Notes: generated by a model not told the origin, from the sequence alone. Positions 34,970 to 47,634 are shown, counted from the stretch's first letter. The stretch: DNA of 64,000 nt from Bacteroidaceae bacterium (GCA_963596085.1 CAVBLW010000037.1:20961-84960); one strand, 5' to 3'. Numbers and translations are program-made.

Positions 34970-36316
34970 ATGCCTAGAGAATTACCGAACAGTCAAGCAT
35001 TAGAGTGTGCGGTATTAGGGGCGATGATGATTTGGCCTGATGTTATAACGACTTGTAATGATCAGGATCTACATCCGGAGGAATTCTATCTTCCCCAACA
35101 TCGGACTTTATTTCAAACCATGTTGGATTTATATGAAGCAGGACAAACGATTGATCAAATTACCGTTATGACTCGTTTAAAGGATCGAGATCAATTGGAT
35201 CAAGCTGGTGGTGCAGATTATATTACTTCTTTAGTTGATACGGCTATTTCACCAGCTGTGGTAGGAAGTTATATCTCCGATATTAAAAATAAAGCACAAT
35301 TAAGACGATTGATTGATGTTTCTGAAAAAATTGCAAATGAAAGCTTTGAAAATAGTAATGATATTGATACTGTCTTAGACCATGCAGAACGATCCATTAT
35401 GGAAGTAACACGCGATCGCAGAGGGACAGAATTTGAATCAAGTAAAGAAATTGCGACACGGGTTATTAATGAACTCAATGAGTTACGCTCACACAAAGGT
35501 GTTACGGGTATTCAAACAGGTTTTACTGATTTGGATCGGATGACCAATGGTTTTCAAAGAGGGGACTTGATTATCTTAGCTGCTCGACCTGCAATGGGAA
35601 AATCGGCTCTTGCTTTAAATTTTGTGAATCAAGTTGCTAAGCGAAATGAAGGTTGTGTCTGCTTATTCTCACTAGAAATGCCTGCGGATTCCTTAATGAA
35701 ACGTATCATGAGTAGTGAAAGTCGCGTTTATTCGGATAAGTTGCGATCCGGTAAGCTAACGGATTCGGATATGTCTAAATTGAATGCTTCGGCGACACGT
35801 TTAAGTGAACGTCCGATATATATTGATGATACGAGTAGTATCCGCGTTTCACAAATTTTTTCAAAATGTCGAAAACTTCAAAGTGAGCATGGTTCTATTT
35901 CTTTGATTGTGATTGATTATCTTCAATTAATCACTGGTGGAAGACAAGAATCACGTCAACAAGAGGTATCGGATATTTCACGTAATTTGAAAATTCTTGC
36001 CAAAGAAATGAATTGTCCAGTGATTGCCCTTTCCCAATTATCCCGTAAAGTTGAAGAAAGAACGGATCATGAACCGCAATTATCCGATTTACGTGAATCG
36101 GGATCCATTGAACAGGATGCGGATATTGTTATGTTTTTATATCGTGCAAACTATTATGAAAAGGATAAAGAAGAACAAGAAGAGACAGAAGTGGTTGATT
36201 TATCCTTAGCTAAGCATCGTAATGGTGGAATTGGTGGAATCAAGCTAGCCTTTGAAAAGAGCATTTCACGTTTTACCAATTATGCGAATACAGGAGACGA
36301 TGTCTATGCGAATTGA
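34970..36316 (+). CDS. dnaB: replicative DNA helicase
   Basis: DnaB N-terminal domain, Walker A ARPAMGKSALALN, motifs IDYLQLI and SQLSR. Confidence 0.97.
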   Translation: MPRELPNSQALECAVLGAMMIWPDVITTCNDQDLHPEEFYLPQHRTLFQTMLDLYEAGQTIDQITVMTRLKDRDQLDQAGGADYITSLVDTAISPAVVGSYISDIKNKAQLRRLIDVSEKIANESFENSNDIDTVLDHAERSIMEVTRDRRGTEFESSKEIATRVINELNELRSHKGVTGIQTGFTDLDRMTNGFQRGDLIILAARPAMGKSALALNFVNQVAKRNEGCVCLFSLEMPADSLMKRIMSSESRVYSDKLRSGKLTDSDMSKLNASATRLSERPIYIDDTSSIRVSQIFSKCRKLQSEHGSISLIVIDYLQLITGGRQESRQQEVSDISRNLKILAKEMNCPVIALSQLSRKVEERTDHEPQLSDLRESGSIEQDADIVMFLYRANYYEKDKEEQEETEVVDLSLAKHRNGGIGGIKLAFEKSISRFTNYANTGDDVYAN

Positions 36317-37055
36317 TCTTTTGTGTTCTGGTTCCAAAGGAAATGCTTGTTTAATTCGACAAGGGAAAAGTCAAATTTTAATTGATTGTGGTTCGACCCA
36401 ACGTTATCTAAAAAAAGCTTTTTCGCAAGTCAATGCTTCAATCGATGATTGCGAAGGGGTATTAATTACGCATGCACACAAAGATCACATTTCACGTTTA
36501 AACGATGTGAAACATCTACCAATTTATTCTTATTGTGATTTGGATCAAGAACTCAATCATACCAAGGTTGAACCTTTATCCACTTTTGATTTGGGACAAT
36601 TTCACATTCAAGTGATTCGTTTAAGTCATGATGCACCCAAAACAGTTGGATATGTGATTGAAAGTGGAAAAGAGAAATTGGTTTATATTACGGATACAGG
36701 CTATATTCCCAATAATGAAAAAGATTTCTTATGTAATGCCGATTATTATGTCTTTGAAAGTAACCATGATATTGCACAATTATTGAAGACCAATCGTCCA
36801 ATGTTTTTAAAACAAAGGATTTTAAGTGATAATGGTCATTTGAATAACGAGGATGCTTCTACGAACTTATCGCAAATTGTTAATACGAAAACTAAAGAAA
36901 TTGTTTTAGCGCATTTATCGGAAGAAGCCAATCATCCAGAACTTGCTTTGGATACTTTAAATCAAACTTTCCATAAAAAAGATTTACCAACGCATTCGAT
37001 AAAAATTCGAGCTGCAAAACAATTTGAAGTCCTTACAATTCACCATGAGGATTAA
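36306..37055 (+). CDS. MBL-fold metallo-hydrolase (YycJ/WalJ-like)
   Basis: MRIDLLCSGSKGNACLI...ITHAHKDH (HxHxDH). Start moved to ATG 36306, overlapping the dnaB end. Confidence 0.85.
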   Translation: MRIDLLCSGSKGNACLIRQGKSQILIDCGSTQRYLKKAFSQVNASIDDCEGVLITHAHKDHISRLNDVKHLPIYSYCDLDQELNHTKVEPLSTFDLGQFHIQVIRLSHDAPKTVGYVIESGKEKLVYITDTGYIPNNEKDFLCNADYYVFESNHDIAQLLKTNRPMFLKQRILSDNGHLNNEDASTNLSQIVNTKTKEIVLAHLSEEANHPELALDTLNQTFHKKDLPTHSIKIRAAKQFEVLTIHHED

Positions 37056-37083
37056 CGTCAAGAAATCTCTTGGCGTTTTTTTG
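37055..37083 (+). terminator. intrinsic terminator
   Basis: ACGTCAAGA-aatc-TCTTGGCGT followed by TTTTTT. Confidence 0.75.
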
Positions 37084-37150
37084 TTAGCACTTACATCTTG
37101 TTGAAATTCGATATTACATGTTTTAGAATGGACGAGGAGGAATTATAAAT

Positions 37151-37771
37151 ATGCTAAAAGTAATTGATCATCCTTTGATTCGACATAAATTATCAATTAT
37201 GCGAAACAAGGATACGGGGACCAAAGATTTTCGTCAAAATCTAGATGAAATTGGAAGTCTAATGGTTTATGAAATGGCACGTGATCTGCCTTTAAATGAA
37301 ATTGAAATTCAAACACCAATTACTCGTTGTACGGGTTATGAATTATCAAAAAAAGTCGTTATTGTACCGATTTTAAGAGCTGGACTTGGAATGGTAAATG
37401 GTATTATGGATCTTATTCCAACGGCTCAAGTTGCACATATTGGGATGTTTCGTGATGAGAAAACCTTACAACCTGTTACTTATTTTGAAAAGTATCCTAA
37501 AAACTTTGATGAAGCGGAGGTCATTATTGTTGATCCTATGTTAGCAACCGGAGGTTCTAGTATTGCAGCCATTGATATGTGTAAAAAACAAGGAGCAAAA
37601 GCCATTCGTTTAGTCTGTTTAGTTGGCACGCCTGAAGGGGTGAAAGCTGTTGAAAAAGCACATTCAGATGTGAATATTTATTTGGCTTCTTTAGATGATC
37701 ATTTGAATGAGAATGGATATATTGTTCCAGGACTTGGAGATGCAGGAGATCGTATTTTTGGAACAAAATGA
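37151..37771 (+). CDS. upp: uracil phosphoribosyltransferase
   Basis: [22 protein letters not shown]..., PRPP motif [13 protein letters not shown]-terminal [17 protein letters not shown]. Confidence 0.97.
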   Translation: MLKVIDHPLIRHKLSIMRNKDTGTKDFRQNLDEIGSLMVYEMARDLPLNEIEIQTPITRCTGYELSKKVVIVPILRAGLGMVNGIMDLIPTAQVAHIGMFRDEKTLQPVTYFEKYPKNFDEAEVIIVDPMLATGGSSIAAIDMCKKQGAKAIRLVCLVGTPEGVKAVEKAHSDVNIYLASLDDHLNENGYIVPGLGDAGDRIFGTK

Positions 37772-38127
37772 GTGAAAAAAAACAAATGAGTCGAGCAATT
37801 TTAGGCAGGACCCTTTTTTTAACTATTATGATTTCCTTGCCGATAATGCTATTATTAGGATGGAAGGTTTTTATTGGAATATGGTGTGGTTCATTGGTAG
37901 GAATGATTGGCTATGGCATGATTTATTCTATGGTACAGTCTCTTACAATGGAAAATGGAAAAGCCAAAGGGACGAAAGGATATCTTTTTCGATATAGTTT
38001 TTATGCCATTATTTTTATTTTATTGGCTTATTTTGATATATCGATTGTAGCAGTCCTTGTTGGTTATTTAATCCACAAATCGGCAATATTCCTATATTCA
38101 ATGGAAAGGAAGGATTTTCATGGGTGA
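37768..38127 (+). CDS. atpI: ATP synthase subunit I-like small membrane protein
   Basis: 119-aa protein with 4 hydrophobic segments directly upstream of atpB. Called by position and topology only. Confidence 0.6.
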   Translation: MSEKKQMSRAILGRTLFLTIMISLPIMLLLGWKVFIGIWCGSLVGMIGYGMIYSMVQSLTMENGKAKGTKGYLFRYSFYAIIFILLAYFDISIVAVLVGYLIHKSAIFLYSMERKDFHG

Positions 38128-38830
38128 AAAAGCAAGTAGCTTAGTCCTACATTTAGGACAATTTAAATTGGAAATCCAACAATCAATTCTCGTTTGGTTT
38201 GCTTTGTGTATCCTTTTTGCAATCTTTTTCTATTGGGCCGGAAAAAAGATTGAAAAAGCGGATCCTACAAAAAAACCAACTGGAATCGTCTATCTTTCAG
38301 AAGAAATGGTCAATTTAACATTATATGTTACAGAAGGAAATCTTCAAAATAAAGCCTTTGATTATATGCATATCTTTGGCACGATGATCTTTATGATGTT
38401 AGCAAGTAATTTAATTGGCTTAGTTGGATTACAAAATCCAACTTCTAATGTCAGCTTTAATGGGACGCTGGCTTTATGTATTTTTCTGACGGTACAGTTT
38501 CAAGCAATTAAAAGAGCTGGAATTGTTGGACGTCTAAAGGAGTGGTGTGAACCATTCACAATTATGTTTCCAATTAATATTGTTGGTGAAATTGCGCCGG
38601 TTATTTCTTTAACTATGCGTTTATTTGGAAACATGCTTGCCGGATTTATTATCACAATGTTGGTCTATACATTAATGAAAGCAACAATGCCATGGGGCAT
38701 ATTAGGATATGTTGCGACACCATTTTTGCATATGTACTTTGATATATTTTCGGGTTTAATTCAATCATATATATTCTGGACACTGGGTTCTTTTTATTTA
38801 GGACAACAGATTGTACCAGAACAAGAGTAG
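38120..38830 (+). CDS. atpB: F0F1 ATP synthase subunit a
   Basis: Conserved LTMRLFGNMLAG (essential Arg) and polytopic profile. Confidence 0.95.
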   Translation: MGEKASSLVLHLGQFKLEIQQSILVWFALCILFAIFFYWAGKKIEKADPTKKPTGIVYLSEEMVNLTLYVTEGNLQNKAFDYMHIFGTMIFMMLASNLIGLVGLQNPTSNVSFNGTLALCIFLTVQFQAIKRAGIVGRLKEWCEPFTIMFPINIVGEIAPVISLTMRLFGNMLAGFIITMLVYTLMKATMPWGILGYVATPFLHMYFDIFSGLIQSYIFWTLGSFYLGQQIVPEQE

Positions 38831-39082
<252 letters not shown>

Positions 39083-39098
39083 GCTGTGGAGTGTTGCT

Positions 39099-39617
39099 AT
39101 GAATATTAGTTTTAATATTGACAACTATCTGCGCATAAATCTTCAAGATATGATTATGGTGCTTGTTTCGACCGCTTTAATCATTTTATTTGCGAAGCAT
39201 TTCTTTTGGGATAAAATCATTGCTTTAATTGAGAAAAGACAAGCTTTGATTCAAGAAAACATTGATTCATCTGTTGCGATTAAAGCAGAAGCAATCGATT
39301 TAAAAAGTCAATATGATGAAAAGATGAAACATGCTGGGCAAGATGCACATCAAATAATTGAAACAGCGCGATCAAGTGCCAATGAGCAAAAACAAGAAAT
39401 CTTAGCTCAAGCAGAAAATGAAGCCAATCGTTTGAAAGAAAAGGCACAAGAAGATATTGAAAGAGATCGTCTAAAAGCAGAAGCACAATTGAAAAATGCC
39501 ATCAGCGATGTTGCAATTGAAGCAGCTAAAAAGCTTGTTAATAAGGAAATGGATGATCAAACACAAAGAAAATTTGTAGATGATTTCATTGCGGAAGTAG
39601 GAGAATCACAATGGTAG
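39099..39617 (+). CDS. atpF: F0F1 ATP synthase subunit b
   Basis: Single N-terminal TM followed by a long charged helix. Operon position supports the call. Confidence 0.9.
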   Translation: MNISFNIDNYLRINLQDMIMVLVSTALIILFAKHFFWDKIIALIEKRQALIQENIDSSVAIKAEAIDLKSQYDEKMKHAGQDAHQIIETARSSANEQKQEILAQAENEANRLKEKAQEDIERDRLKAEAQLKNAISDVAIEAAKKLVNKEMDDQTQRKFVDDFIAEVGESQW

Positions 39618-40141
39618 ACATTCGTCCTTATGCGCAAGCTTTATTTGAAATCGCAAGTGAAAATAAAGAAGATGAAAAAATCAAATTGGCGCTAAAGGAT
39701 TTAGCGGATCTTTGGGAGCAAAATCCAGAATGGGTTGCGCTTTTACGTCATCCAAAAGTAAAAAGAGAAGAAAAAAAACAGATGATGGATCAAGTTCTAA
39801 GCGATTCGATTCCAGATGTTTTACTTCGCTTTCTTTATGTTTGTAATAAGCAAGATGTTGTAAGTTATCTTCCTGAAATTTATCAAGCTTATTTAAAAAT
39901 ATACAATGATGAAAATGCAATTGAATGGGTAGATGTTGAAAGTGCAAGTGCTTTGGATGAAATCCAAGAAAATCAATTAAAAGCCGTTTTGGCAAAAAAA
40001 TTAAATAAAACAATACAATTGAATATAAAAGTAAATCCAGCCTTGATTGCTGGATTACGCATAAAAACAAGTGAGTTTGTTCTTGATAATACAATTCTTT
40101 CAAAAGCAGACTCGATGAAAGAAAAAATTAAGAAAAACTAG
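39611..40141 (+). CDS. atpH: F0F1 ATP synthase subunit delta (OSCP)
   Basis: YAQALFEIA... OSCP-type N-terminus and operon position. Confidence 0.9.
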   Translation: MVDIRPYAQALFEIASENKEDEKIKLALKDLADLWEQNPEWVALLRHPKVKREEKKQMMDQVLSDSIPDVLLRFLYVCNKQDVVSYLPEIYQAYLKIYNDENAIEWVDVESASALDEIQENQLKAVLAKKLNKTIQLNIKVNPALIAGLRIKTSEFVLDNTILSKADSMKEKIKKN

Positions 40142-40151
40142 AGGTGATACT

Positions 40152-41687
40152 ATGAGTTTAAATCCAGCAGAGATCAGTAAATTGATCAAAGCCCAAATTC
40201 AAAATATCGACCAAGATCTAGAAATGACAGAAAGTGGAACCGTCATCAGCATTGGCGATGGAATTGCCATGGTTTATGGACTTCGTAATGCGATGATGAG
40301 TGAACTCTTGCTTTTTCCGCATGATGTTTATGGCATGGTCATGAACTTAGAAGAAGAAAATGTGGGGGTTGTATTACTTGGAGAAAATCCCGATATTAAA
40401 GAAGGAGATTCAGTGAAACGAACTGGACATATTGTGGAAGTTCCAGTTGGTGATGAACTTTTAGGACGTGTTGTGAATGCGCTTGGACAAGCGATTGATG
40501 GACAAGGTTCTATTGAAACAAAAAAAACACGTCCAACAGAACGTGTTGCTCCTGGTGTTATTACTCGAAAAAGTGTTTCCGTTCCTTTACAAACGGGCTT
40601 AAAAGTCATTGATTCTATGATCCCAATTGGTCGAGGACAACGTGAATTAATTATTGGGGATCGACAAACCGGTAAGACAGCGATTGCCATTGATACGATT
40701 TTGAATCAAAAAGATACAGGTGTGAAATGTATCTATGTTGCCATAGGACAAAAAGCAAGTACAGTTGCACAAATTGTTGAGAAGCTAAAACAAGCTGGTG
40801 CAATGAAATATACAACGGTTGTAGTAGCAACCGCTTCGGATTCGGCTCCATTACAATATTTAGCTCCTTATGCTGGATGTGCAATGGGTGAAGAATGGAT
40901 GGAAAATGGCGATGATGTTTTAATTGTTTATGATGATTTATCAAAGCATGCAGTTGCATATCGTACATTGTCTTTACTTCTTCGTCGTCCTCCAGGACGT
41001 GAGGCTTTCCCAGGGGATGTTTTCTATTTACATTCACGTTTATTGGAAAGAGCAGCACGTTTAAATGAGGATTATGGAAATGGATCCTTGACGGCATTGC
41101 CAATTATTGAAACCCAAGCAGGTGATATCTCAGCTTATATTCCGACCAATGTCATTTCGATTACCGATGGGCAAATTTTCTTGAATACCGATATGTTTAA
41201 TAGTGGTGTTCGTCCCGCTGTAGATAGTGGTCTAAGTGTTAGTCGTGTTGGAAGTGCAGCACAAATCAAAGCGATGAAACAGGTATCTGGCTCATTAAAG
41301 CTTGATTTAGCCCAATATCATGAAATGGAAGCTTTTGCTCGTTTTGGGTCGGATTTAGATCCAAGTACAAAGAAAATCTTAGATCATGGGGCACGCTTAG
41401 AACATTTATTGGTACAGAAACAATATGCACCAATGTCAGTTGCTGAACAAGTTTTGGTTCTATATGCTGCGCAACATGGCTATCTTGATACAATTGAGGT
41501 ATATCAAATTCAAGCTTATCAAGAAGGTCTTTTACAATATGTTGCCCGTGAATATCCATTGATCATGGATCGTATTGATCAAGAAAAAAGAATAGATGAT
41601 GCCCTAGAAGCGGATATAAATACGGCAATGGATGCTTACGCAAAGCTTTTTGCGTTATCTGAGGGTAGCGAAAATGGCGGAAAGTAG
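40152..41687 (+). CDS. atpA: F0F1 ATP synthase subunit alpha
   Basis: Walker A GDRQTGKT, typical alpha sequence throughout. Confidence 0.98.
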   Translation: MSLNPAEISKLIKAQIQNIDQDLEMTESGTVISIGDGIAMVYGLRNAMMSELLLFPHDVYGMVMNLEEENVGVVLLGENPDIKEGDSVKRTGHIVEVPVGDELLGRVVNALGQAIDGQGSIETKKTRPTERVAPGVITRKSVSVPLQTGLKVIDSMIPIGRGQRELIIGDRQTGKTAIAIDTILNQKDTGVKCIYVAIGQKASTVAQIVEKLKQAGAMKYTTVVVATASDSAPLQYLAPYAGCAMGEEWMENGDDVLIVYDDLSKHAVAYRTLSLLLRRPPGREAFPGDVFYLHSRLLERAARLNEDYGNGSLTALPIIETQAGDISAYIPTNVISITDGQIFLNTDMFNSGVRPAVDSGLSVSRVGSAAQIKAMKQVSGSLKLDLAQYHEMEAFARFGSDLDPSTKKILDHGARLEHLLVQKQYAPMSVAEQVLVLYAAQHGYLDTIEVYQIQAYQEGLLQYVAREYPLIMDRIDQEKRIDDALEADINTAMDAYAKLFALSEGSENGGK

Positions 41688-42528
41688 ACAAGCAATTAAA
41701 AATCGTATTCGATCCGTTGAATCTACGGAAAAGATTACGCGCGTTATGCAATTGATTGCGAGTACGGAACTTGCAAAACAAAGACGACATATGGAAGAAA
41801 ATCGTGAATATGCCAATGGTTTAGAAGAATGTCTTGAGTTTGCGATTCAATCCACATCAGAATCTTCCATTTATTTATCTTCACAAGAAGATTATCCTTG
41901 TTTATATATTGTATTTACAAGTGATATGGGTCTATGTGGTTCATATAATGCGAATATTCTTCGCTTGCTTCAAGAAAAGCTTCAAGCAGAAGATGAAGTG
42001 ATTATGATTGGATCAAAAGGATCGACTTGGGCTAAGACTCGTTCTTTCAAATTAAAAGAAGCCTTAATCGATTTAAATCATGATACCGCATATGAAACCT
42101 TATCCGCTTCTGTTGCGAATGCTTTAGATGCTTTTGAGAAAGGCGAATTTTCTAAGATTGTTGTCTTATATACACATTTTAAAAATACATTAACTTATAT
42201 TCCGACTCTAGAAACAATTTTACCGGTTTCTAAAAAGGAAAATAAGGAAGAAACAGTGTCAAAATCATTTCAAATGACAGATTACGAACCAAGCCAAGAA
42301 GAAATGCTTCAAACCATTCTTCCAATGGCGATTAAATCCTTAGTTTATGCCCGTTATTTGGAAAGTAAGACAAGTGAGCAAGCCAGTCGCCGTATGGCTA
42401 TGGAAGCCGCTACGGATAATGCAGATGAATTGCGCGATGAATTGTTGCTTGCATACAATCAAGCACGACAATCGGCTATTACCAACGAAATTATTGATAT
42501 TGTTGGTGGAGCGAATGCATTATCTTAA
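41674..42528 (+). CDS. atpG: F0F1 ATP synthase subunit gamma
   Basis: [29 protein letters not shown] typical gamma N-terminus (track start 41632 is an upstream extension). C-terminal [15 protein letters not shown]. Confidence 0.95.
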   Translation: MAESRQAIKNRIRSVESTEKITRVMQLIASTELAKQRRHMEENREYANGLEECLEFAIQSTSESSIYLSSQEDYPCLYIVFTSDMGLCGSYNANILRLLQEKLQAEDEVIMIGSKGSTWAKTRSFKLKEALIDLNHDTAYETLSASVANALDAFEKGEFSKIVVLYTHFKNTLTYIPTLETILPVSKKENKEETVSKSFQMTDYEPSQEEMLQTILPMAIKSLVYARYLESKTSEQASRRMAMEAATDNADELRDELLLAYNQARQSAITNEIIDIVGGANALS

Positions 42529-42573
42529 AAAAGAAATTAATTTTAAATCATAAAACCTATGGATTAGGAATAG

Positions 42574-44370
<1,797 letters not shown>

Positions 44371-44374
<4 letters not shown>

Positions 44375-44396
44375 GGAAGAAATTCCCTACTTTTTG
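44371..44396 (+). terminator. atp operon terminator
   Basis: GTAGGGAA-gaaa-TTCCCTAC followed by TTTTT. Confidence 0.8.
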
Positions 44397-44451
44397 TCTT
44401 TTGTACAGGGACTACTCATTTTTTATATAGAGTGGTACAATAAAAACATCT

Positions 44452-44473
44452 AGAATCATCTGATTCTTTTTTT
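44452..44473 (+). terminator. terminator-like hairpin inside the short trkA leader
   Basis: AGAATC-atct-GATTCT followed by TTTTTT, 6 nt before the GGAGG of trkA. Candidate promoter TTGTAC-N17-TATATA at 44401-44429. Confidence 0.4.
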
Positions 44474-44487
44474 CGTGGAGGAAATAT

Positions 44488-45846
44488 ATGCGAATTACAG
44501 TTGTAGGCGGTGGAAAAGTCGGTTATGCACTGGCAACCCAATTAGAAGCAGAAGGGCACGATGTAGCCGTAATTGATAATCGTCCATCGGCTTTAGAGCG
44601 AGTAAACAATCAATTGGATGTTTTAGCCATCGAAGGAAACGGTGCCAATGTTGATACATTAAAAGAAGCCAATACGGAAGAGGCGGATTTATTGATTGCC
44701 GTAACAGGGACCGATGAAGTAAATATCATTTCTTGTTTATTGGCTAAAAAAATGGGAGTTTCAAATACGATTGCAAGGGTACGCAATCCTGAATATATGA
44801 GTTCAATGGCTATGCTTGAAGAAGATTTAGGATTGAGTTTAAGTGTCAATCCAGAAAGAGCCTGTGCTCGTGAAATCGTGCGATCAATCCATTTTTCGAA
44901 TCATGTACGGGTTTCAACCTTTGCGAAAGGTCGCGTTGAAATTGCTGAAATTGTAATAAAAGAGGGCAGTTCAATGATTGATAAACCGGTTAGTAAAATT
45001 GCTACACGACATCAAGGACAAATTTTGATTTGTTCCGTTTTAAGAGGGGAAGAAGTCATGATTCCAAATGGAAATTTTGTACTTCAAGAAGGCGATCGCA
45101 TCTCCGTTATTGCGACAAGTCAAAACCTAGAGAAGTTTTTAATTCAAACTGGGGTTAGTGAATATTATGATTGTCGTGAAATTATGATTATTGGTGGCGG
45201 TCGAATCACTTATTATTTAACAGCGATGCTTCTTCCAATGGGCGTGCGCGTTAAAATTATTGAAAAAGATGCAGATAAGTGTCGTCAATTGGCTTTACGC
45301 TTTCCACAAGCCAATGTCATTTGGGGGGATGGAACCGATCAAGAATTTTTAATGAGTGAAAATATTGATTGTATGGATGCCTTTGTGGCTTTGACGGATA
45401 ATGATGAAGAAAATGTCATTGCTTCTATTTTTGCATCGAGTAAAAATGTGCAAAGAGTCATGCCGAAAATCAATCGTGTTTCTTTAGATTTTTTACTCGA
45501 ACGTTTTGATATTGCCAATGCGGTGACCCCAAAACTATCTACAGCCAATCGCATCTGTCGTTATGTACGTGCAATGGGAAATGCACAAGGTTCAAATGTT
45601 GAATCTTTAATGAAATTAGTGGATGGAAAAGTTGAAGCACTTGAATTCCGTGTTCGAAATAGCTGTCAATTTATTGGGATTCCATTAAAACATCTAAAAT
45701 TTCAAAAAGGAATCATTATTGGATATGTGATGCACAATGGTCGAATTACCATAGCCAATGGAGAATCAATCATTCATGAAGGAGATACGGTTGTGGTTGT
45801 CAGCGCGATTCCAAAGTTGAGGGATATTAACGATGTATTGGTTTAG
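44488..45846 (+). CDS. trkA: Trk system potassium uptake protein TrkA (tandem RCK/NAD-binding domains)
   Basis: MRITVVGGGKVGYALA and a second IMIIGGGRITYYL Rossmann motif, about 450 aa. Confidence 0.92.
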   Translation: MRITVVGGGKVGYALATQLEAEGHDVAVIDNRPSALERVNNQLDVLAIEGNGANVDTLKEANTEEADLLIAVTGTDEVNIISCLLAKKMGVSNTIARVRNPEYMSSMAMLEEDLGLSLSVNPERACAREIVRSIHFSNHVRVSTFAKGRVEIAEIVIKEGSSMIDKPVSKIATRHQGQILICSVLRGEEVMIPNGNFVLQEGDRISVIATSQNLEKFLIQTGVSEYYDCREIMIIGGGRITYYLTAMLLPMGVRVKIIEKDADKCRQLALRFPQANVIWGDGTDQEFLMSENIDCMDAFVALTDNDEENVIASIFASSKNVQRVMPKINRVSLDFLLERFDIANAVTPKLSTANRICRYVRAMGNAQGSNVESLMKLVDGKVEALEFRVRNSCQFIGIPLKHLKFQKGIIIGYVMHNGRITIANGESIIHEGDTVVVVSAIPKLRDINDVLV

Positions 45847-47359
45847 AAGAGAATTTCGAAAACTTAATTGGTTTATTATTGGAAATGTCATAGGAAATGT
45901 TTTGTTGGTTTTAGCAGTTCTTTTAGTATTTCCTTTGATTTGTGGTCTATTATATCGTGAAAACATTTTATCTTTTGTATGGGTAATTCTTGCGTGTGTT
46001 CTTGTTGGCTTGCCTTTATCGCGCTTAAAGGTTAAGCATGCTATGTATTTTGCCCGTGATGGAATGATGGCTGTTGGTTTATGTTGGGTGGTTCTATCCT
46101 TAGTAGGAGCTTTACCTTTCTTTTTATCCGGTGCGATTCCCGATTATATTGATGCTTTTTTTGAAACCGTTTCTGGTTTTACAACAACGGGTTCAAGTAT
46201 TTTAACGGAAGTTGAATCCTTACCGAAATGTATGTTATTTTGGCGCAGTTTTACGCATTGGATTGGTGGTATGGGAATTTTGGTTTTTGTCTTAGCTATC
46301 TTACCAAAATCCAATGATCGATCGATGCATATTTTAAGAGCAGAATCTCCAGGTCCTGTCATTGGAAAATTGGTTCCACGTTTAAGACAAAGTGCCATGA
46401 TTTTGTATTTAATTTATATGGGCTTGACAATTATTGAAATTATTCTTTTATGTTTTGGAAAGATGCCTCTCTTTGATTCTTTATGTAATACCTTTGGTTC
46501 AGCTGGTACCGGTGGTTTTAGTATTACCAATAAAGGAATTGGTCAATATGGAAATGCCTATTATGAATGGGTTATTGGAATTTTCATGGCTTTGTTTGGA
46601 ATTAACTTTAACTTCTATTTTTTCTGTTTGATTCGGGATTGGAAGGAAGCTTTCCGAATGGAAGAAGTCAAAACATATGTTGGGGTTGTCTTACTTTCAA
46701 GTTTAATGATTGCCATTAATATTTTACCAAGCGTACAAGATGGCTTCTTACATGCCTTTCGATTAGCCTTTTTCCAAGTCTCAAGTATTATTACGACAAC
46801 AGGATATTCTTCTTGTGACTTTAATTTATGGCCGACCTTTTCCAAAATGGTTTTGTTGCTGCTGATGGTTTTAGGTGCTTGTGCTGGAAGTACAGGTGGT
46901 GGAGTTAAGGTTAGTCGTATGATGATTATTGTACGAAAAATAAAATCAGATATTCAAAAAACCGTTCATCCCAATCGCGTAGACTTAATTTGTTTTGATG
47001 GAAAAGCAGTTGACAATCGAGTTGTAGATCAAATCATGAGTTTTTTTGGATGTTATATCTTAATTGCTGGGCTTGTGATGTTTATTATTTCTTTAGATGG
47101 CTTTGATATGGAAACGACCATTTCTGCTTGTTTTGCTTGTCTAAGCAATATTGGACCAGGCTTTTCGATGGTTGGACCTTTTGGTAGCTTTCATGCTTTT
47201 AGTTATTTATCTAAAATTGTCTTATCCATTGCAATGTTGATTGGACGTTTAGAAATCTATCCAATTTTAATCTTTATGGCTCCTTTCGTTGGTAAAGGAA
47301 GACGCTATAGAGCAAGTAAAGAAGATGAAATTCTTCTAAATGAAAAAAAACGTTATTGA
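45833..47359 (+). CDS. trkH: TrkH-family potassium uptake membrane protein
   Basis: Polytopic, with selectivity-filter-like repeats (TTTGSS, SAGTGGFS, ITTTGYSS, STGGGVK). Overlaps the trkA end. Confidence 0.92.
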   Translation: MYWFRREFRKLNWFIIGNVIGNVLLVLAVLLVFPLICGLLYRENILSFVWVILACVLVGLPLSRLKVKHAMYFARDGMMAVGLCWVVLSLVGALPFFLSGAIPDYIDAFFETVSGFTTTGSSILTEVESLPKCMLFWRSFTHWIGGMGILVFVLAILPKSNDRSMHILRAESPGPVIGKLVPRLRQSAMILYLIYMGLTIIEIILLCFGKMPLFDSLCNTFGSAGTGGFSITNKGIGQYGNAYYEWVIGIFMALFGINFNFYFFCLIRDWKEAFRMEEVKTYVGVVLLSSLMIAINILPSVQDGFLHAFRLAFFQVSSIITTTGYSSCDFNLWPTFSKMVLLLLMVLGACAGSTGGGVKVSRMMIIVRKIKSDIQKTVHPNRVDLICFDGKAVDNRVVDQIMSFFGCYILIAGLVMFIISLDGFDMETTISACFACLSNIGPGFSMVGPFGSFHAFSYLSKIVLSIAMLIGRLEIYPILIFMAPFVGKGRRYRASKEDEILLNEKKRY

Positions 47360-47384
47360 TTCTTGTGAATGCTTCTGTTACTAT
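47356..47384 (+). promoter_or_regulatory. candidate promoter of the riboswitch-pflB transcript
   Basis: TTGATT-N17-TGtTACTAT. The predicted start falls about at the first nucleotide of riboswitch P1 (47391). Confidence 0.45.
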
Positions 47385-47390
47385 GTAAGC

Positions 47391-47461
47391 ACTTATATAA
47401 CTGACGGAAGTGGAAGAAACCACATGGAGTATGAGTCATAGATCGCCGACCGTCTGGGCAG
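47391..47461 (+). promoter_or_regulatory. ZTP (pfl-motif) riboswitch aptamer
   Basis: P1 ACUUAUA/UAUGAGU. AACUGACGG resembles the conserved GACUGGCG. P2 GUGG-AAGAAA-CCAC. 3' subdomain CGCCGACCGUCUGGGCAG resembles the conserved CCGCCUGGGCA. Sits upstream of pflB, the context that named the motif. Confidence 0.8.
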
Positions 47462-47490
47462 ATAATTGTTCAGATTGTCGGTTTTTCTTT
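47446..47490 (+). terminator. riboswitch expression-platform terminator
   Basis: CCGACCGTCTG pairs with CAGATTGTCGG (10 of 11 positions), followed by TTTTTCTTT. The 5' arm reuses the aptamer 3' strand (CGUCUG), as expected for an ON switch. Confidence 0.7.
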
Positions 47491-47634
47491 GGTCGAAAAT
47501 ATCAATGGTTTCGATATTGAATATACAATATTTCGATTGTGAAAAGATTGACGATAGAACATAAATGGTGTACTTTAATATCATGAGATGTTAGCTATCG
47601 CTAACTTCTATCTTTGACATGTAAGGAGGAAAAC

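Noticed and set aside
41632-41673. N-terminal extensions of track ORFs. Examples: atpG from 41632, gdpP from 32528, MBL hydrolase from 36252, pflB from 47614, oxidoreductase from 19800, DeoR from 3307, LMW-PTP from 23579.
   Set aside because: Internal ATG codons with well-placed GGAGG-type SD sequences, and family-typical N-termini, fit better. The extensions overlap upstream genes or intergenic promoters.
44375-44487. c-di-AMP (ydaO-type) riboswitch upstream of trkA.
   Set aside because: The whole intergenic region is about 110 nt and the leader after the likely promoter is about 50 nt. That is far shorter than the pseudo-two-fold ydaO aptamer, and none of its conserved ACGR/CCC-type elements were seen.
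47537-47543. Rex or FNR operator upstream of pflB.
   Set aside because: Only a single TTGTGAA half-site is present, with no matching TTCACAA partner at Rex or FNR spacing.
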